Notes: generated by a model not told the origin, from the letters alone. A DNA stretch of 63,687 nucleotides from Octopus bimaculoides (GCF_001194135.2 NC_068991.1:64109190-64172876); one strand, 5' to 3'; positions 24,040 to 37,560 are shown, numbered from the stretch's first letter. Translations and numbers: made by a program.

Positions 24040-24515
24040 CGAGTACTATTTCTGCCTGGAAGCAATTTTCTGTAAGCGAGTGGAAAACCTTCTGCGATTC
24101 GCTCTGGGGGACGATTTCGCGATACACAATACTACATTTCCGTGGGTGATGCTTGTGGCAGGTCTACCAGATCACTCATCACTTTCCAGAGACGTTCTCT
24201 CCCCCTTTTGAAGCGCCCTTGCTACACAAGACATTGCGTATGACTCATTGCCTTGTCGCCGTAAGCTTGCTGAAGCTCAATGTCTCTGTAGCAGACTTCC
24301 CAAGTTTAAAGCAAAACTTCACGTTAACACTTTGTTCCTCTCCATGATAAAATCGCAGACTACATCATACATGTGATCACGAAAACACAAATTTCACAAC
24401 TGGCGAAGTAAACACTGCGGTGTCCCTCGGCACACTGATTTATGAAGGTCAATGATTGCAAATGTGTTGTCGCGCTACAATTCAAGTCCGGGAACTTTTT
24501 GATACTACCTTGTAC
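24040..24515 (-). mobile_element. Internally deleted mariner element
   Basis: Minus strand has the TIR-like TACAAGGTAGTATCAAAAAGTTCCCGGACT, then frameshifted VKFCFKLGKSATETL..QAYGDKAMS..RFKRG..SGRPATS (N-terminal HTH), fused to a C-terminal QSESQKVFHSLTENCFQA remnant. Confidence 0.8.
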
Positions 24516-24571
<56 letters not shown>

Positions 24572-24791
24572 NNNNNNNNNNNNNNNNNNNNNNNNNNNNN
24601 NNNNNNNNNNNNNNNNNNNNNNNNNNNNNNNNNNNNNNNNNNNNNNNNNNNNNNNNNNNNNNNNNNNNNNNNNNNNNNNNNNNNNNNNNNNNNNNNNNNN
24701 NNNNNNNNNNNNNNNNNNNNNNNNNNNNNNNNNNNNNNNNNNNNNNNNNNNNNNNNNNNNNNNNNNNNNNNNNNNNNNNNNNATATATATA

Positions 24792-24826
<35 letters not shown>

Positions 24827-25957
24827 GTATTTAGAAAAGTTTTAATATGTATACTCACACACACGCACACACACACACACACACACGTGTAATTTGATGG
24901 CATTTCTTATACATACATAGATATACATACATGTATGATTCAACAACACTAAATTTAATGCACACCTCTATATTTATTTTTATGTGTTCGTGTGTGTGTA
25001 TTGTGTGTTTATATGTGTGCATGTGTGTGTGTGTGCTGTGTGTGTGTTTGTTTATGTCTATGTATCTGTGTATGTATTTGTATCTGTGTAAAAATTTCAC
25101 GTATATTTCATTTCCCAAATGATCAAGAACGGAATGTTTTGATTTTTTTTCTTCTCCTTTCATATTTACATTTTCTTAAATTAGAACAGTAATAGCTGTA
25201 GTACTACTACTACAACTCCAAACTTATAGAGAGAGACTAAAAAATCAAATTATCATCAAGGAAGAAATATAAATTATCAATACATAAATACGAATTATCA
25301 ATATTCCCCAGGCGTTTTGTTTTAAAACAAATGAATTAACTCTATTTTATGTATGATTTTTAAAGTGTTTCATGCGCAATTTTGAAGTCAAGTGAATGAA
25401 ATATAGCATTTAGTTTTAAGGATTAAAACCAAATCAAATACGGGCTTATAATCACAATTTTAACCTTATAAATCCTAAACGTCAGGATTTTGTCGATTCA
25501 GCTTGATGTTTGATTCGTATTCTTAACAGTTTAATCCTAAATTAGAAGCATGTTCGGTAGACACAATAACTATCTCTAGCTTTCACGTTTTGATTTAAGT
25601 CAGGGAAAAAGCATTGAAGATAGACTCGTACGTGGTCGTGTTTGCTTGTATATAACTTAATCATTCAGTGATTGATATATATATATCAATCACTGGAGTG
25701 ATAAGAGTAGTGGGTCACAAATGATGCAATGTGGAGTTTTAAAAAATAAAATTTTGTGTTTCAGAAAATCCTATTTTTTAACATCTTGAAATGGTAGCCA
25801 AATGTCTTTTAAATGACCCCGTCTTGAAAAGTGAGAGGAGAGGCATTGACAAAAATGTGATGGTAGATCATGCCTAATGCTCAAGAAACGGTTGAAGTGA
25901 TCACGGACGTAACACCTTTGTACCATGTCTGTTAGGCTCTGTCCAGCCTAGGGCTAA

Positions 25958-26430
25958 TCAACAACCATCACCAACTCTAGTAGCGGAAGTACCACCGCTA
26001 TCACCACCACCATCATCATCAGCACCATCAGCACAATCACCACAGTTACTACTACCACTACCACCATCACCATCGTCACGACCAATCACCACCACAAATT
26101 CTTCAACAATAACAATAATAACAGCAATAACAAACAACAGACAGACAATAATCCAACCCCAATGAAGTAATATTCCACATGCGCNNNNNNNNNNNNNNNN
26201 NNNNCTACTACCACTACCACCATCACCATCGTCACGACCAATCACCACCACAAATTCTTCAACAATAACAATAATAACAGCAATAACAAACAACAGACAG
26301 ACAATAATCCAACCCCAATGAAGTAATATTCCACATGCGCCAAAATTGGGCGAGATAAAGATGCAGGGCATAAAGGTTAATATATCAAGAGCCTCTATGT
26401 CGTAGTATTCATCTTCGTCATCGTCATCAC

Positions 26431-26477
<47 letters not shown>

Positions 26478-26487
26478 ACATCATCAC

Positions 26488-26524
<37 letters not shown>

Positions 26525-26564
26525 GTCATCGTCATCGTCATCATCATCATCGTCGTCATCATCG

Positions 26565-26635
<71 letters not shown>

Positions 26636-26700
26636 GTTGCCATCGTTGCCGGCACCACCACCGTCACCATCACCGCCATCACCTCACTATCACCGAACCC
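25958..26700. repeat. Low-complexity (ACC)/(AAC)/(ATC)n trinucleotide region
   Basis: Long (ATC)n with GTC variants at about 26430-26640. Explains the poly-Met ORF 26395..26682. Confidence 0.9.
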
Positions 26701-27744
26701 GACTAACCGTAATGAAAGTGAAGGTAAACATGAACCCGTGAACCAGAAATTGGCATCTTATCTTTAATTTATCTCTGTTTATTTATTTATTCAATTCATT
26801 CATTCACTCATTGATTTTTCGATAAAAATTCACGCTATTCGATGTATGTGCCCTTTGACGTTGACAAAAGAATAACGAAATTTAGTTAGCTAGAAGACTA
26901 TTATTATGGTTGCAAACGTTTTCTTTTATACTCATGAGAGTAGATATATATCTCTTTCAGAAGTTAAGAATAACTTTTATCAATACATCTGACTTTTAGC
27001 GTGCTTGCAGCAAATATTCAACAAAAATCACAAAAGGTGATTGTAAACTCATTGATTTTTTTTTTTCAAGTTGTGAATGTATTTTGATGTTTTAGCTGGT
27101 GTTCAATAAACGTCGACTTCATTGACACTTTAAGCCTTATTGCCTCTGACGTACTCTCAAAAAGTTTTTGAGGATTATAAAGAATTATTTCCGTCGCATA
27201 TGGCAAGTGTCACGCGCAAACATAGTCGTATATAATTGCAAACCATTGCATATTTGCACAGATTGGAATTTACATTTACAAATCTCTACATGCATATACT
27301 TACACATACACACACAAACTCATACATAAATACGTACAAATTTGCATACATACATACATACATACATACATACATACGTACATACATATAAATAAATACT
27401 ATGCACACATAATAAGTAGCAATTTTCCTTAACCAATAACTTTATATACGCTTTTGTTCAAATACACTAACTGTTATGCGCTCGCGCGCATACACGCGCG
27501 TGCACGGACGTGTGCATGTGACTTTTTTGCTGAACAATCTAAAGCAATGTGCTTTACATTGGTGCATATCCTCCATAAAATCAACGTTGCCTGAAAGGGT
27601 CCCATGGTGTACCACACGCCAGGTGTCGAAGTAATGGCAGGGCAATGCGAGACGAGCTATTTTGCTCAAGACCACAACACCTCTCCATATAGTACACACA
27701 CACACACACATATGGAAATGCGTTGTGTGTGTATGTATGTATAT

Positions 27745-28642
27745 ATACACTCCTAGGCACAAAAGTTCATAAACTTACCAATATACAACCATGGAATATG
27801 GTCAAATGAGGTTTATTTTCCAACATAGTCCCTCTTGCGGTTCACAAACGTCCTCCATCAGTGTTGTAGTGCTTGGATCCCATTGGTGAAGAAGGGTTCA
27901 TCTTGCTGGTCAAAAACGTCATGAACAGCAAAAATTATCTGGCTTCTCAGCCAGGTAATTTTTTATGTTGGGGAGCAGATGATAGTCATACAGGGCCAAA
28001 TCAGGAATACAGAGAGGCTGATCAACCAGTTCAAATCCACAGTCACCTGCAGCAGCCAATGAAACTAAGGTATTTTGTGCTGGAACGTTGCTGTGACGTA
28101 ACAAGAACCCTTTCTTCAGTTTTCGGTCTTGAAAGCTTTTCATAACTGTCTCAGTAAGTTGGCATAATACTCTCCACTGATGGTGTGGCTCGTTTGAAGA
28201 TAGTCAATAGGGCACAATGCCTTTTGCATCCACAAACACTGAGGCTATCACCTTCCTTGGTCGTCTTTGGAGCAAGTAAGGAGGGGTATTTGCATTGCTT
28301 GGACTGCTGTCTCTATGTCTCTGGCTCAAAGTGATGAAGTCAACACTCATCCCAGTTTAGGAAACGTTGAAGGAAACAGTTGGATCTGCCTCAAGCAATG
28401 TCATATTGTCCCGTGATGTGATCAGCCTGGGGCACTTTTGAGCAGGTGTCAGAAGATGTGACATCCACAAAACAGAAACCTTCGTCATGTCAAGTTTATT
28501 GTGCAGAATATTCTCAACTCTGTTACGGTACTTGCTCGTATTATTGGGTATTTGATTTATAGTTAATCCCCTTTATCCATCCCTATGTAGAGAACACGAT
28601 CAATGTTTTCATTGGTGGCAGTTGCAGGACGTCCAGATCTTG
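27745..28642 (-). mobile_element. Mariner transposase pseudogene
   Basis: Minus-strand remnants PRSGRPATATNENIDRV (to 28642), KLKKGFLLRHSNVPAQ, CGFELVDQPLCIPDLALYDYHLLPNIKNYL (YSPDLAP-like) and a C-terminal GDYVGK-like end. Confidence 0.85.
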
Positions 28643-29295
28643 GGTGGTGGGATTAACTTTGGTGTCTAGATCTAACTTTCGATGGTCCTCCTAAACTTTA
28701 GATTCTGTGCTTAACTTTGCATACTAGGTCTATATTTGGATGGTATGACAGTGTGAGATCTAACTTTGCGTAGCAGTCTGTCTTTGGATTGTAGGTCTAA
28801 ATTTGAGTGGTAGGTATATATTTCGGATTGTAAGACTAATTGTATAACAAGTCTGAATTTGATGATCGTTCTAACTTCAAATGATAAGCTTAATTTTGGG
28901 TGTTTAGTCTCACTTTGTGTACTAGTCTAACTTTGGGTACTAGGCATATATATGGATGAAATGACTAACATTGTGGGAAGTTTAACTGCTGATGATCCTT
29001 GTAACTTGCTGTAGTAGTCTATCTTTGTAGTAGTCTATCGACTTTCAGTAGTAGTCTATCTAAATTTGTGTAGTAGGTGCGATTTCAAATGGTGGACGAA
29101 CTGTGTAGGAGATCTAAGTTTTGGTGGTCGCTTTTACTTTACTTTAAGCATAATTTTGGATGTTAGGTCTAACTTTTCGGCAGTAGTTTTATCATTGGAT
29201 GGTACGACTAACTTTGAATTGGAGGTGTAATATTTGTTAGTAGGTGTAACATTAGGTGTTGAGGCTAACTTCGAATGGTAGGTCTAACTTTGGGG
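28643..29295. repeat. Degenerate minisatellite, about 17-21-bp units (core GTAGGTCTAACTTTG)
   Basis: About 30 recurrences of (T)CTAACTTT-like motifs at roughly 19-bp spacing. Confidence 0.75.
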
Positions 29296-30917
29296 AATTA
29301 CGCCTCAGTCGCCTAATCTTTGAGATTTTTTAGCGTAATTCTCTGTGCTGCAAGCATTAAACATTCGAGCCCATACTTCCTGTTCCTTCCCTATATTCTA
29401 TTTTTGTTTCAGTTATCTTAAGGGAAACCAGTATATGATCAAACTGGAAATCATCCTCATCACTACTCTCATGAGATAGGGGAGGCTTTCAAATGTCACG
29501 CATTGCTCTGTCCCTTCACCCCTTGACTAAATTAGAACAAAGGTAGTTAACAGATTCCGTATCGTGCATAATTATTTAATTCTCATGAGTGCTGGGATAG
29601 ATAAAAAGAACGTACCCGCCCTTAAGCCGTTAACTATTTCATCATGTTAACAAGTCATCAGAAGAAGTAAAAAGAATCTCATCAACAATCATAATAAAGT
29701 TCCACATGGAAATGTCATGTCCCTGAGGTTGTGTGATGTTGACCTAGGGTGAAAATCATTAAATCTTATGGCATGCAAGATCACATCACATAAACGTGAC
29801 AAAATGATATCCCCTACGAGGTTATGACAGCTTTATATGTTGAAGTGTGTATATGTATGCTTGCGCCTGCGTTTGTGTGGATGCGTCGTGCTCGAAAGAT
29901 GTGTATGTGTGTATGCTGCAACTTGTTTGCTTGTGTGTGTGTGCGTATGTGTGTGTGTGCGTATGTGTGTGTGTGCATGCGTTTGTCTGTATGCGTGTGT
30001 TTTATGTAGATAGCAGTGTCAGCTCTCAAGAACTTACTATTTATTGATGTTTTGGAAAAATTGTTGCCAAGAAATTAAATGTTGTTAGCCTTGCAAAAAT
30101 AAATGTAATTTTCTTGTATTTTTATTTATTTTTCTTTTGAACAAAAAAAAAACATCACTGGAGTGGTGCCCTCACAACAACTGTAGCTGAGAGGCCTACA
30201 AAATATTAATTAATTCTGATTTGATTGGTGTATTTGCACGGTTATTCACTTGTGTGCGCAGGCTGTCTGTGCGTGCGTTTATACTTTTATGTGTACGCCT
30301 TTACATGTTTCAGTATATGTGTGGCTGTGTGTGTATCTTTTGATGTGTATGTGTGAGGTGGAGTAAGGAGGTAATGCCTGTGTTAGGATGAGTGCCTGTA
30401 CTTGTGAGTATGTTTGTAAATAATTTTCTCTGTGCGAATCGATGCTGGCCCGGTCAAGTACTTAAGAAGTTCGTTTCAGAATCACGAGGACACAAGTTCA
30501 CGCCCTCTCAGTGGTAACATATGTAAGTGATTTTACAATAGCTTCAAGTCTATCCAAGTGTACTAAGCAGGGTGGGATGATGATTTTTGGATTGACAGAA
30601 AAACTAATTGATAAAGCTAAGTTGTCTAGACATGATATTATTTATACTAATGGCAATGATACTGGTGACGATGAAAATGCTGGAATGATTGTGAAGTTTA
30701 TGATGATAATGACAACAATGATGTTGATGATAATGATGAAGAATACGAAGATGAAGATCGTTATGACAACAACGATGCCGTTTATAATGATTATAATAAT
30801 GATGGCGACAAGATATTGAAGATGACGAAGACGACGAGGCTGATTTAATTACGACCCTACATTTTTAGATTATTACTCATATACGTATATATCTTATATA
30901 TATATATATATATATAT

Positions 30918-31078
30918 AAACGATGGGCTTTTACTTTCTATCTACAAATCCACTCACACGGCTTTGGTCGGATCGAGAGGCCATAGTAGAAAACATTTGC
31001 GCAAGATACCATGCAGTGGGACTGAACCCGAAACCATGTGGTTGAGAAGCGAGCTTCTTACCACATAGCCTGTGCCTA
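30918..31078 (-). mobile_element. SINE family B 5' half (duplicated at 31993-32153)
   Basis: CAAATCCACTCACACGGCTTTGGTCGG...GGGACTGAACCCGAAACCATGTGG. An apparently identical second copy follows the gap. Confidence 0.8.
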
Positions 31079-31962
31079 CACACACACACACACACACACT
31101 CACATATTTTTTATGTATGCATGTTTATATACACAGATACACACTTAGATGCATGCATTCTCACACATATATGTTTGTACATATATGTATGTATATAAGT
31201 GTTTTATATATCANNNNNNNNNNNNNNNNNNNNNNNNNNNNNNNNNNNNNNNNNNNNNNNNNNNNNNNNNNNNNNNNNNNNNNNNNNNNNNNNNNNNNNN
31301 NNNNNNNNNNNNNNNNNNNNNNNNNNNNNNNNNNNNNNNNNNNNNNNNNNNNNNNNNNNNNNNNNNNNNNNNNNNNNNNNNNNNNNNNNNNNNNNNNNNN
31401 NNNNNNNNNNNNNNNNNNNNNNNNNNNNNNNNNNNNNNNNNNNNNNNNNNNNNNNNNNNNNNNNNNNNNNNNNNNNNNNNNNNNNNNNNNNNNNNNNNNN
31501 NNNNNNNNNNNNNNNNNNNNNNNNNNNNNNNNNNNNNNNNNNNNNNNNNNNNNNNNNNNNNNNNNNNNNNNNNNNNNNNNNNNNNNNNNNNNNNNNNNNN
31601 NNNNNNNNNNNNNNNNNNNNNNNNNNNNNNNNNNNNNNNNNNNNNNNNNNNNNNNNNNNNNNNNNNNNNNNNNNNATTCTACCACCTCCTAGATTTCGAT
31701 TATCTCCCCTATACCGGAAGAAATCCCTAATTACCTCCCCCTATCTAGAACTCTTCTTTCTCAGACTGGAGCGAACACGTTACAATGAAGTAGAGAAATT
31801 TGAAAAGACAACACGAAACCGGTTGTTTCTCAAAATACAATGTTTATATACCAAAAAGATTTTATAACATTTTTATAACATTTTGATAACATTTTTCTGA
31901 CATAATTTAAATATATACTTTAACCATGTAACACAAGCCTTCTGTAGTTTTTTCACTCTTAT

Positions 31963-31993
<31 letters not shown>

Positions 31994-34900
31994 AACGATG
32001 GGCTTTTACTTTCTATCTACAAATCCACTCACACGGCTTTGGTCGGATCGAGAGGCCATAGTAGAAAACATTTGCGCAAGATACCATGCAGTGGGACTGA
32101 ACCCGAAACCATGTGGTTGAGAAGCGAGCTTCTTACCACATAGCCTGTGCCTACACACACACACACACACACACTCACATATTTTTTATGTATGCATGTT
32201 TATATACACAGATACACACTTAGATGCATGCATTCTCACACATATATGTTTGTACATATATGTATGTATATAAGTGTTTTATATATCAATTGTATATGAT
32301 AGAATGATACGTAAAGAAAATCAAGTAACGAAAATCTTACCAAATATATTTCCTCTTAAATTTGATAATGACATGACGATTTGTACAAACGATCAAAAAC
32401 TCCGGTCATGTGTGATCTGGTTAAATTATGGTACATGGTATAACTCATTACTTTTTAATTATTAATTGTTTTGGGTGAATTATTTCACTTGGTTTCATTA
32501 AAACATAGAAATGGAGAAATGTATGTGAAAATTGTGGTAATAAAATTATGTCACTTAAAAATACTAAGAAGAAAATTGAAAACATGATATAATGAGATGC
32601 TGTACTTGTTAAATTTAACTGGTTTGGGATGAAATACTTTCCTTCGGCTACTCGAAGTTATAAAGTATGTAGATATTTTTGGAAATATTCATGATTTTTT
32701 TGACAGAGGCAACTGCATTTCTGCTTGAATATTTTGAGTTGGAAGCAAAGATTGATAGCGTTTATTGATGCAAAATACGTCTCATCTGTGGAATATAAAC
32801 GATAGCAGATAATAAATAAAATTACAGTGTTGGTGCTGAAAAAAAGAAATAAAATGTGAAAATATGAGGGTTCTTTATAAATAGCTGTATATTAACTATT
32901 CATTCAGCTGATAGTATATATTTACATGTTTCAATACATATTTATCAAAAGGACGGCATATATTGAAAATTTCTGATCTGACATTTAAAGAGTTGGAAGA
33001 TATATTGATGTTCAAATGTATAAGTTACTTTTCATTTTTGGATAATCCACGGTCCATCGATCCTTTTTCTTTCTGATCTACCTCCTTCATAGATCTTGCG
33101 TTTTATGTCGAATGCAGTACCTCTATGTTTCAATCTCTAAGGATAATTACAAAGTTTAGATAGTTCGATTTCTCAATGTTCCTAAAGAAATATGGTCGAA
33201 ATATCTTTGCTCGAATTCACCTGCTACCATATCGATATAAATCTTATGCATAATGTTTGATCAAATAGATGTGACTTCTGCTTCATGCATGATAGACACA
33301 GCATTATGCGAGTGATCCAGAGTTAATCAGTTTAGATTTCAGTATGTTCAATTTGACTTGATTGTACTACTTGCAATCAATTTCCTTATATAAGTACAGC
33401 AAATGCAGTTCAGTTTTGAATTATTACTATTGAATAACATTTTATATCAGTGGCCAATGAGAGAAATGTTTGTTTATTAAGTGTAGGACATATATGTTAC
33501 GTTGAATTTAACGGGCTCACAATTCTAGAAGCACACGTGCCTCCATACATGTGTTGGGGCGTGTTTGTATGTGTGAGTAATTTCAGGCTCTTTTCTAAAA
33601 CCAACCACGCACGCGTGCACGCACACACGTATACACACACACACACAAATAAAAAAAAACTCACAAATACAAACATACACGTGTGTATTAAATACATACA
33701 TAAATATATAGAGAGAGACAGAATCACCCACATATCATCGAATGGCATTATAAGATACTAGACGGGGGCGTGGCTGCCAATGATGTCAATGGAAGATATA
33801 TACAGCATATGCATTCTTGAAGGTGGAAGTTTCAGGTATATGGAAAACTCCACTTTCCTGTCCCATTTCATTTGGAGAATCTGTGACCAACAGAACGACT
33901 TACCCCAACATCGAATGTTGTATGATTGGCAGGGCCACTCTATACTAACCTGGACCTCATAATAACCCAATCTGCTTCTGTAAGATATTACACATACACC
34001 ACCAACTTGCAGTCTCCGTCGACAGGATAAATGTGCTATCTTATTGTTGCCACCAAACTTACGCCCTATTAATGAACTTCAAGCCACTGGCAACCGACAA
34101 TCTAGATATATTATTTTGGGCTTGCCTGCTCATACTCAATGACACTGTGCTTAACTCTTGGTGCTCATATAGACTACATCCCCTTCCGTGCTCAGACTCC
34201 AACTTAGCATCACAAAAGTTTAAACCAGTACCACCAAATCTGATTATTCTCATGTAAAGTTTGTTGCTAGTATAATTTTAGTTCTCCACTAACTCGCAGA
34301 AACACACACAGCTCTGCCATGTATATCAGCAACTGCAACGAACTGATGTCGCTAAATAGCCATATCTCCATCTCGAGACATCAACTTACCTATACTTATA
34401 TGCTCTAATGTGATGTCTCTTCTGATCTTTCAACTAGCTAGAAATAATTTCCTAATATCCCTCAGATGAAAATCCACCCCTCAGAAAAAATGGGGAAATT
34501 TACTATAACGTAGTCCTCTACGAGTTACATTACATTAAAAATATACGGGATGATCACATATGGAACTCTCTTCATCAGAGCTTTGCTCGCTCGGTGACAG
34601 CCTAGATAGTAACAACATTTCTAGTAGTTTTTAAAAGTCATCATTTAAGTTTGATAGCTTAAAATATAATTCAGGATTATCATTAACATTAATTCGGCGA
34701 ATCTTTAGAAAATCCGATTAGTAAATGTTTTCATACATTTTAAGAGTAACTATATTAAATCTTCTCTTAAACTGAAAATCTTGATTTTATATGAAAACGT
34801 TTGATTCAAACAATTTGTGTTGCGTATTTAAAAAAAAAAATCGGCATTTTTCTAATTGCTCTGATGTTATCTTTGCAAATTTCTTCACAAATATTTATCA

Positions 34901-35746
34901 GTTAATGCCGATCAGATCGATACCAGTCATAGATTTTCCCATTTTCATTATAGTTCTATTTTTTCAATTTTTGTTTATCTTATTAGAATGTCACCATTTC
35001 AAACGATTACTTTAATGTTAATTTATTCCATCACTTAATTTTAAAATCTTCAAATATTTCAGAACAAAACTATCGATTCAACAGAATAATACTGATAATT
35101 GAGCTGAACATCTTTCCTGTTAATTTTGCACAAATGATCAAACTGAAATATGTGTTAATTATAATAATATTAAAGTGCTGTTGTGCGAAATGTCACAAGC
35201 CATTTTCTTCTTACTGTTAATTTGGATTTGTCTATAGTTGCTTACTGTTGATACAGCATACTTCCTAATTCCGATTATATTATAGAGCATTTAATATCAA
35301 ACATCTAGAGGAAAAAATATTTTGCACCTTGGTATTTCAGAACGCATACTCTCTCATTCTTTTTCCTCTCTCATTCCTTTCACACTCTCTCATTCTCTTT
35401 ACATTCTTATTCTCTTTTCTCTCTCTTTTCTATTTCTTCTTTGTTAGATTCAAATCAGTTTTTTTTTTCCTTAATCATTGTGATGCAATTACAAAGCCAC
35501 CTCACTTATCTACATATTCTGCAAAATGCTCCTTACATCAAAATTATAAATAACCAGACAGGATCCAATATCATACTAATGGCAGCCATTATTTATTATA
35601 TTTCTATTCTGGACATATAAAATCCTGATCTCACGTTTGTTTAATTATCAAAGGATAGTGAAATGTAAAAAAGAAACAAACAAGAAAATATGAAAACTAA
35701 ATGGACAGATCTATGTTACTAATTAATCTTGATTTTCTTATTTTAG

Positions 35747-35759
35747 TACTTCTGGACAA
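35747..35759 (+). other. Candidate 13-nt microexon TACTTCTGGACAA
   Basis: Branch-like TACTAAT at 35717-35723, U-rich tract, TTTTAG acceptor, GTGAGA donor at 35760. Confidence 0.3.
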
Positions 35760-36865
35760 GTGAGAATTGAATTGACTTCTTTTAAACTTTTACTAATTCA
35801 TGATCGCTCTTGAGGTGTTACGACATCCATTAACGTTTTGTTTGACCAATCTATCATTCGTGACATCTGAGTTCAGAATGTTTTCACAAAATTCTGATTA
35901 GATACAGTGTCTTTATTTTATTCCATTAACGTTTTACGTTTTCATTCTCTCATTACTTTATCCAAATGCTAAGTTGATTTCGACCAATAAAAATTTCGAT
36001 AATAATGTTGATAACTTATTTTCATGTATTATTGTGTTAGATATTTTATTTTTCATTCTTAAGTTACCCTATCAAAGTACCTTATAAAGAAAACTTAAAT
36101 TTAAAAAATGCATGAGTATACAGTGAGGTACTTAGCAAGTCTCCAAAGTGTTATTACATCAGGTGTAGCTGGAGTCTTCTGTGACATTGATGTAATAATG
36201 ATTTACAATTATACCTGGGTGTTAAAAGCTCATTAATCACCTGCTCCTTTTATAATAAGCCTACTTGAAATCCTTTACATTCACACATGTAATCAAACAC
36301 ACCTTTGATTTGAAGCTGGTCTATACTTAATTGATTATTTTAATTAACCTCAATATTTCACTTCCAAGCTCTTGGAGGTTGGATTTATTCCGTTTTAGAA
36401 ATGGGGAGAAAACTCTTGATAAAGAAGCTGACAGATGCTTATAAATAAATCGGAATACGTACCTTTTTTTATATATATTTCATGAAAACTATAATACGAT
36501 TAGTAGGAAGACAAAGTATATGAGAACTATAGACATCAATTTGATATTCTTAATTTAGATGCTATTTCTTGACGTATAAAGAGTCTAAAGTGACCTTAAC
36601 CTGCCTGAATAAAAGTTAATGTATGCGTAGTCACGTGGCAGCTAACTACATGCTTATAGTTTAGAGTTGGAGTCGCAATTATGTGAATTCATTGCATACA
36701 ACGATAATCCATTTCGTTTAAGATGGACTATGTAATAATCTCTTATTATAATTTTCAAGCAAAAGTATCTTATTACTTTATATCAACATATAATTAAATG
36801 TGAATACAATGGAAACCTAAATTATTTTTTCAGAGTGATTTCTCAAAAGATAACATATATATATA

Positions 36866-37290
36866 TACGTGGTCTGATCAATAAATATCCGGACTGTTGC
36901 CATAGTAACGAAGCTAAGGCACGCAGAGTGAAGCTACTTGGCATGATTGACCTTGAACTCCACCGTACATGCGCACTAAGTTTTAATGTTCCAGTTCACT
37001 TATGCCTAATCATGATTATATCCTGCTGGAATCGCAGTTGTGCTGAGTGGAATATGAGACTTGTTTGGGTAATGCTAGAATCTCAAAAGTTGTGTTTGTT
37101 CTGCAGTAAGTTGAAGCCTGGAAGCTGTTGAGATGGCACCCGCAACTCTGTTACAAGAATGTCGTCAAACGACATCTCAGTGTTGCAGAGGAATTGATTA
37201 CGACTGCATGGAAGAACTGTGACTAACATAAAACTATGGCTGATGGTTAAAAAGTGTTGTGTGGTGTTGCGTGAGTCGTAATGAATAAAA
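36866..37290 (+). mobile_element. Non-autonomous mariner-derived element (TIR end)
   Basis: Starts after a TA run with TACGTGGTCTGATCAATAAATATCCGGACT, similar to the mariner TIR at 24486-24514. Right boundary uncertain. Confidence 0.6.
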
Positions 37291-37560
37291 CAAGAAGAAT
37301 AGAAAGAAAAAGATAAAATAAGAACCATTGCATCAGATCTTCCGACAACATTCCGCAATATCTGTGTTCATGGTTGCACCAATACTTTTTGTTTACAATC
37401 GTCGCTAGATTTTCTTCATTAAATTTGAGAGAGGAAAATCCTTTATTGCTGCCAAGCTGTACTTGATCATGAGGGAGAGTCAGAAAAAAAAATACTTAAA
37501 CATTTAATCCACACTAAACTGTTTCAAATTATATTAACTTAACGCTTAAATTTTTTCCAG

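Noticed and set aside
26053-26339. About 135-bp direct repeat across a 20-N gap
   Set aside because: Identical contig-end overlap typical of scaffolding; not evidence of biology.
26395-26682. Poly-Met/poly-His ORF, and a GTAAAC donor at about 26726
   Set aside because: It is an (ATC)n microsatellite with no acceptor or non-repetitive coding context.
28643-29295. CRISPR-like reading of the short repeat array
   Set aside because: The context is eukaryotic, the units are degenerate and contiguous, and there are no unique constant-length spacers or cas genes.
29620-29665. Minus-strand CTGATGA...GAAA hammerhead-like motif (similar cases at 19315-19356, 34540-34578 and 49215-49245)
   Set aside because: Stem II and/or stem I cannot form properly; these are chance matches or too decayed to call.
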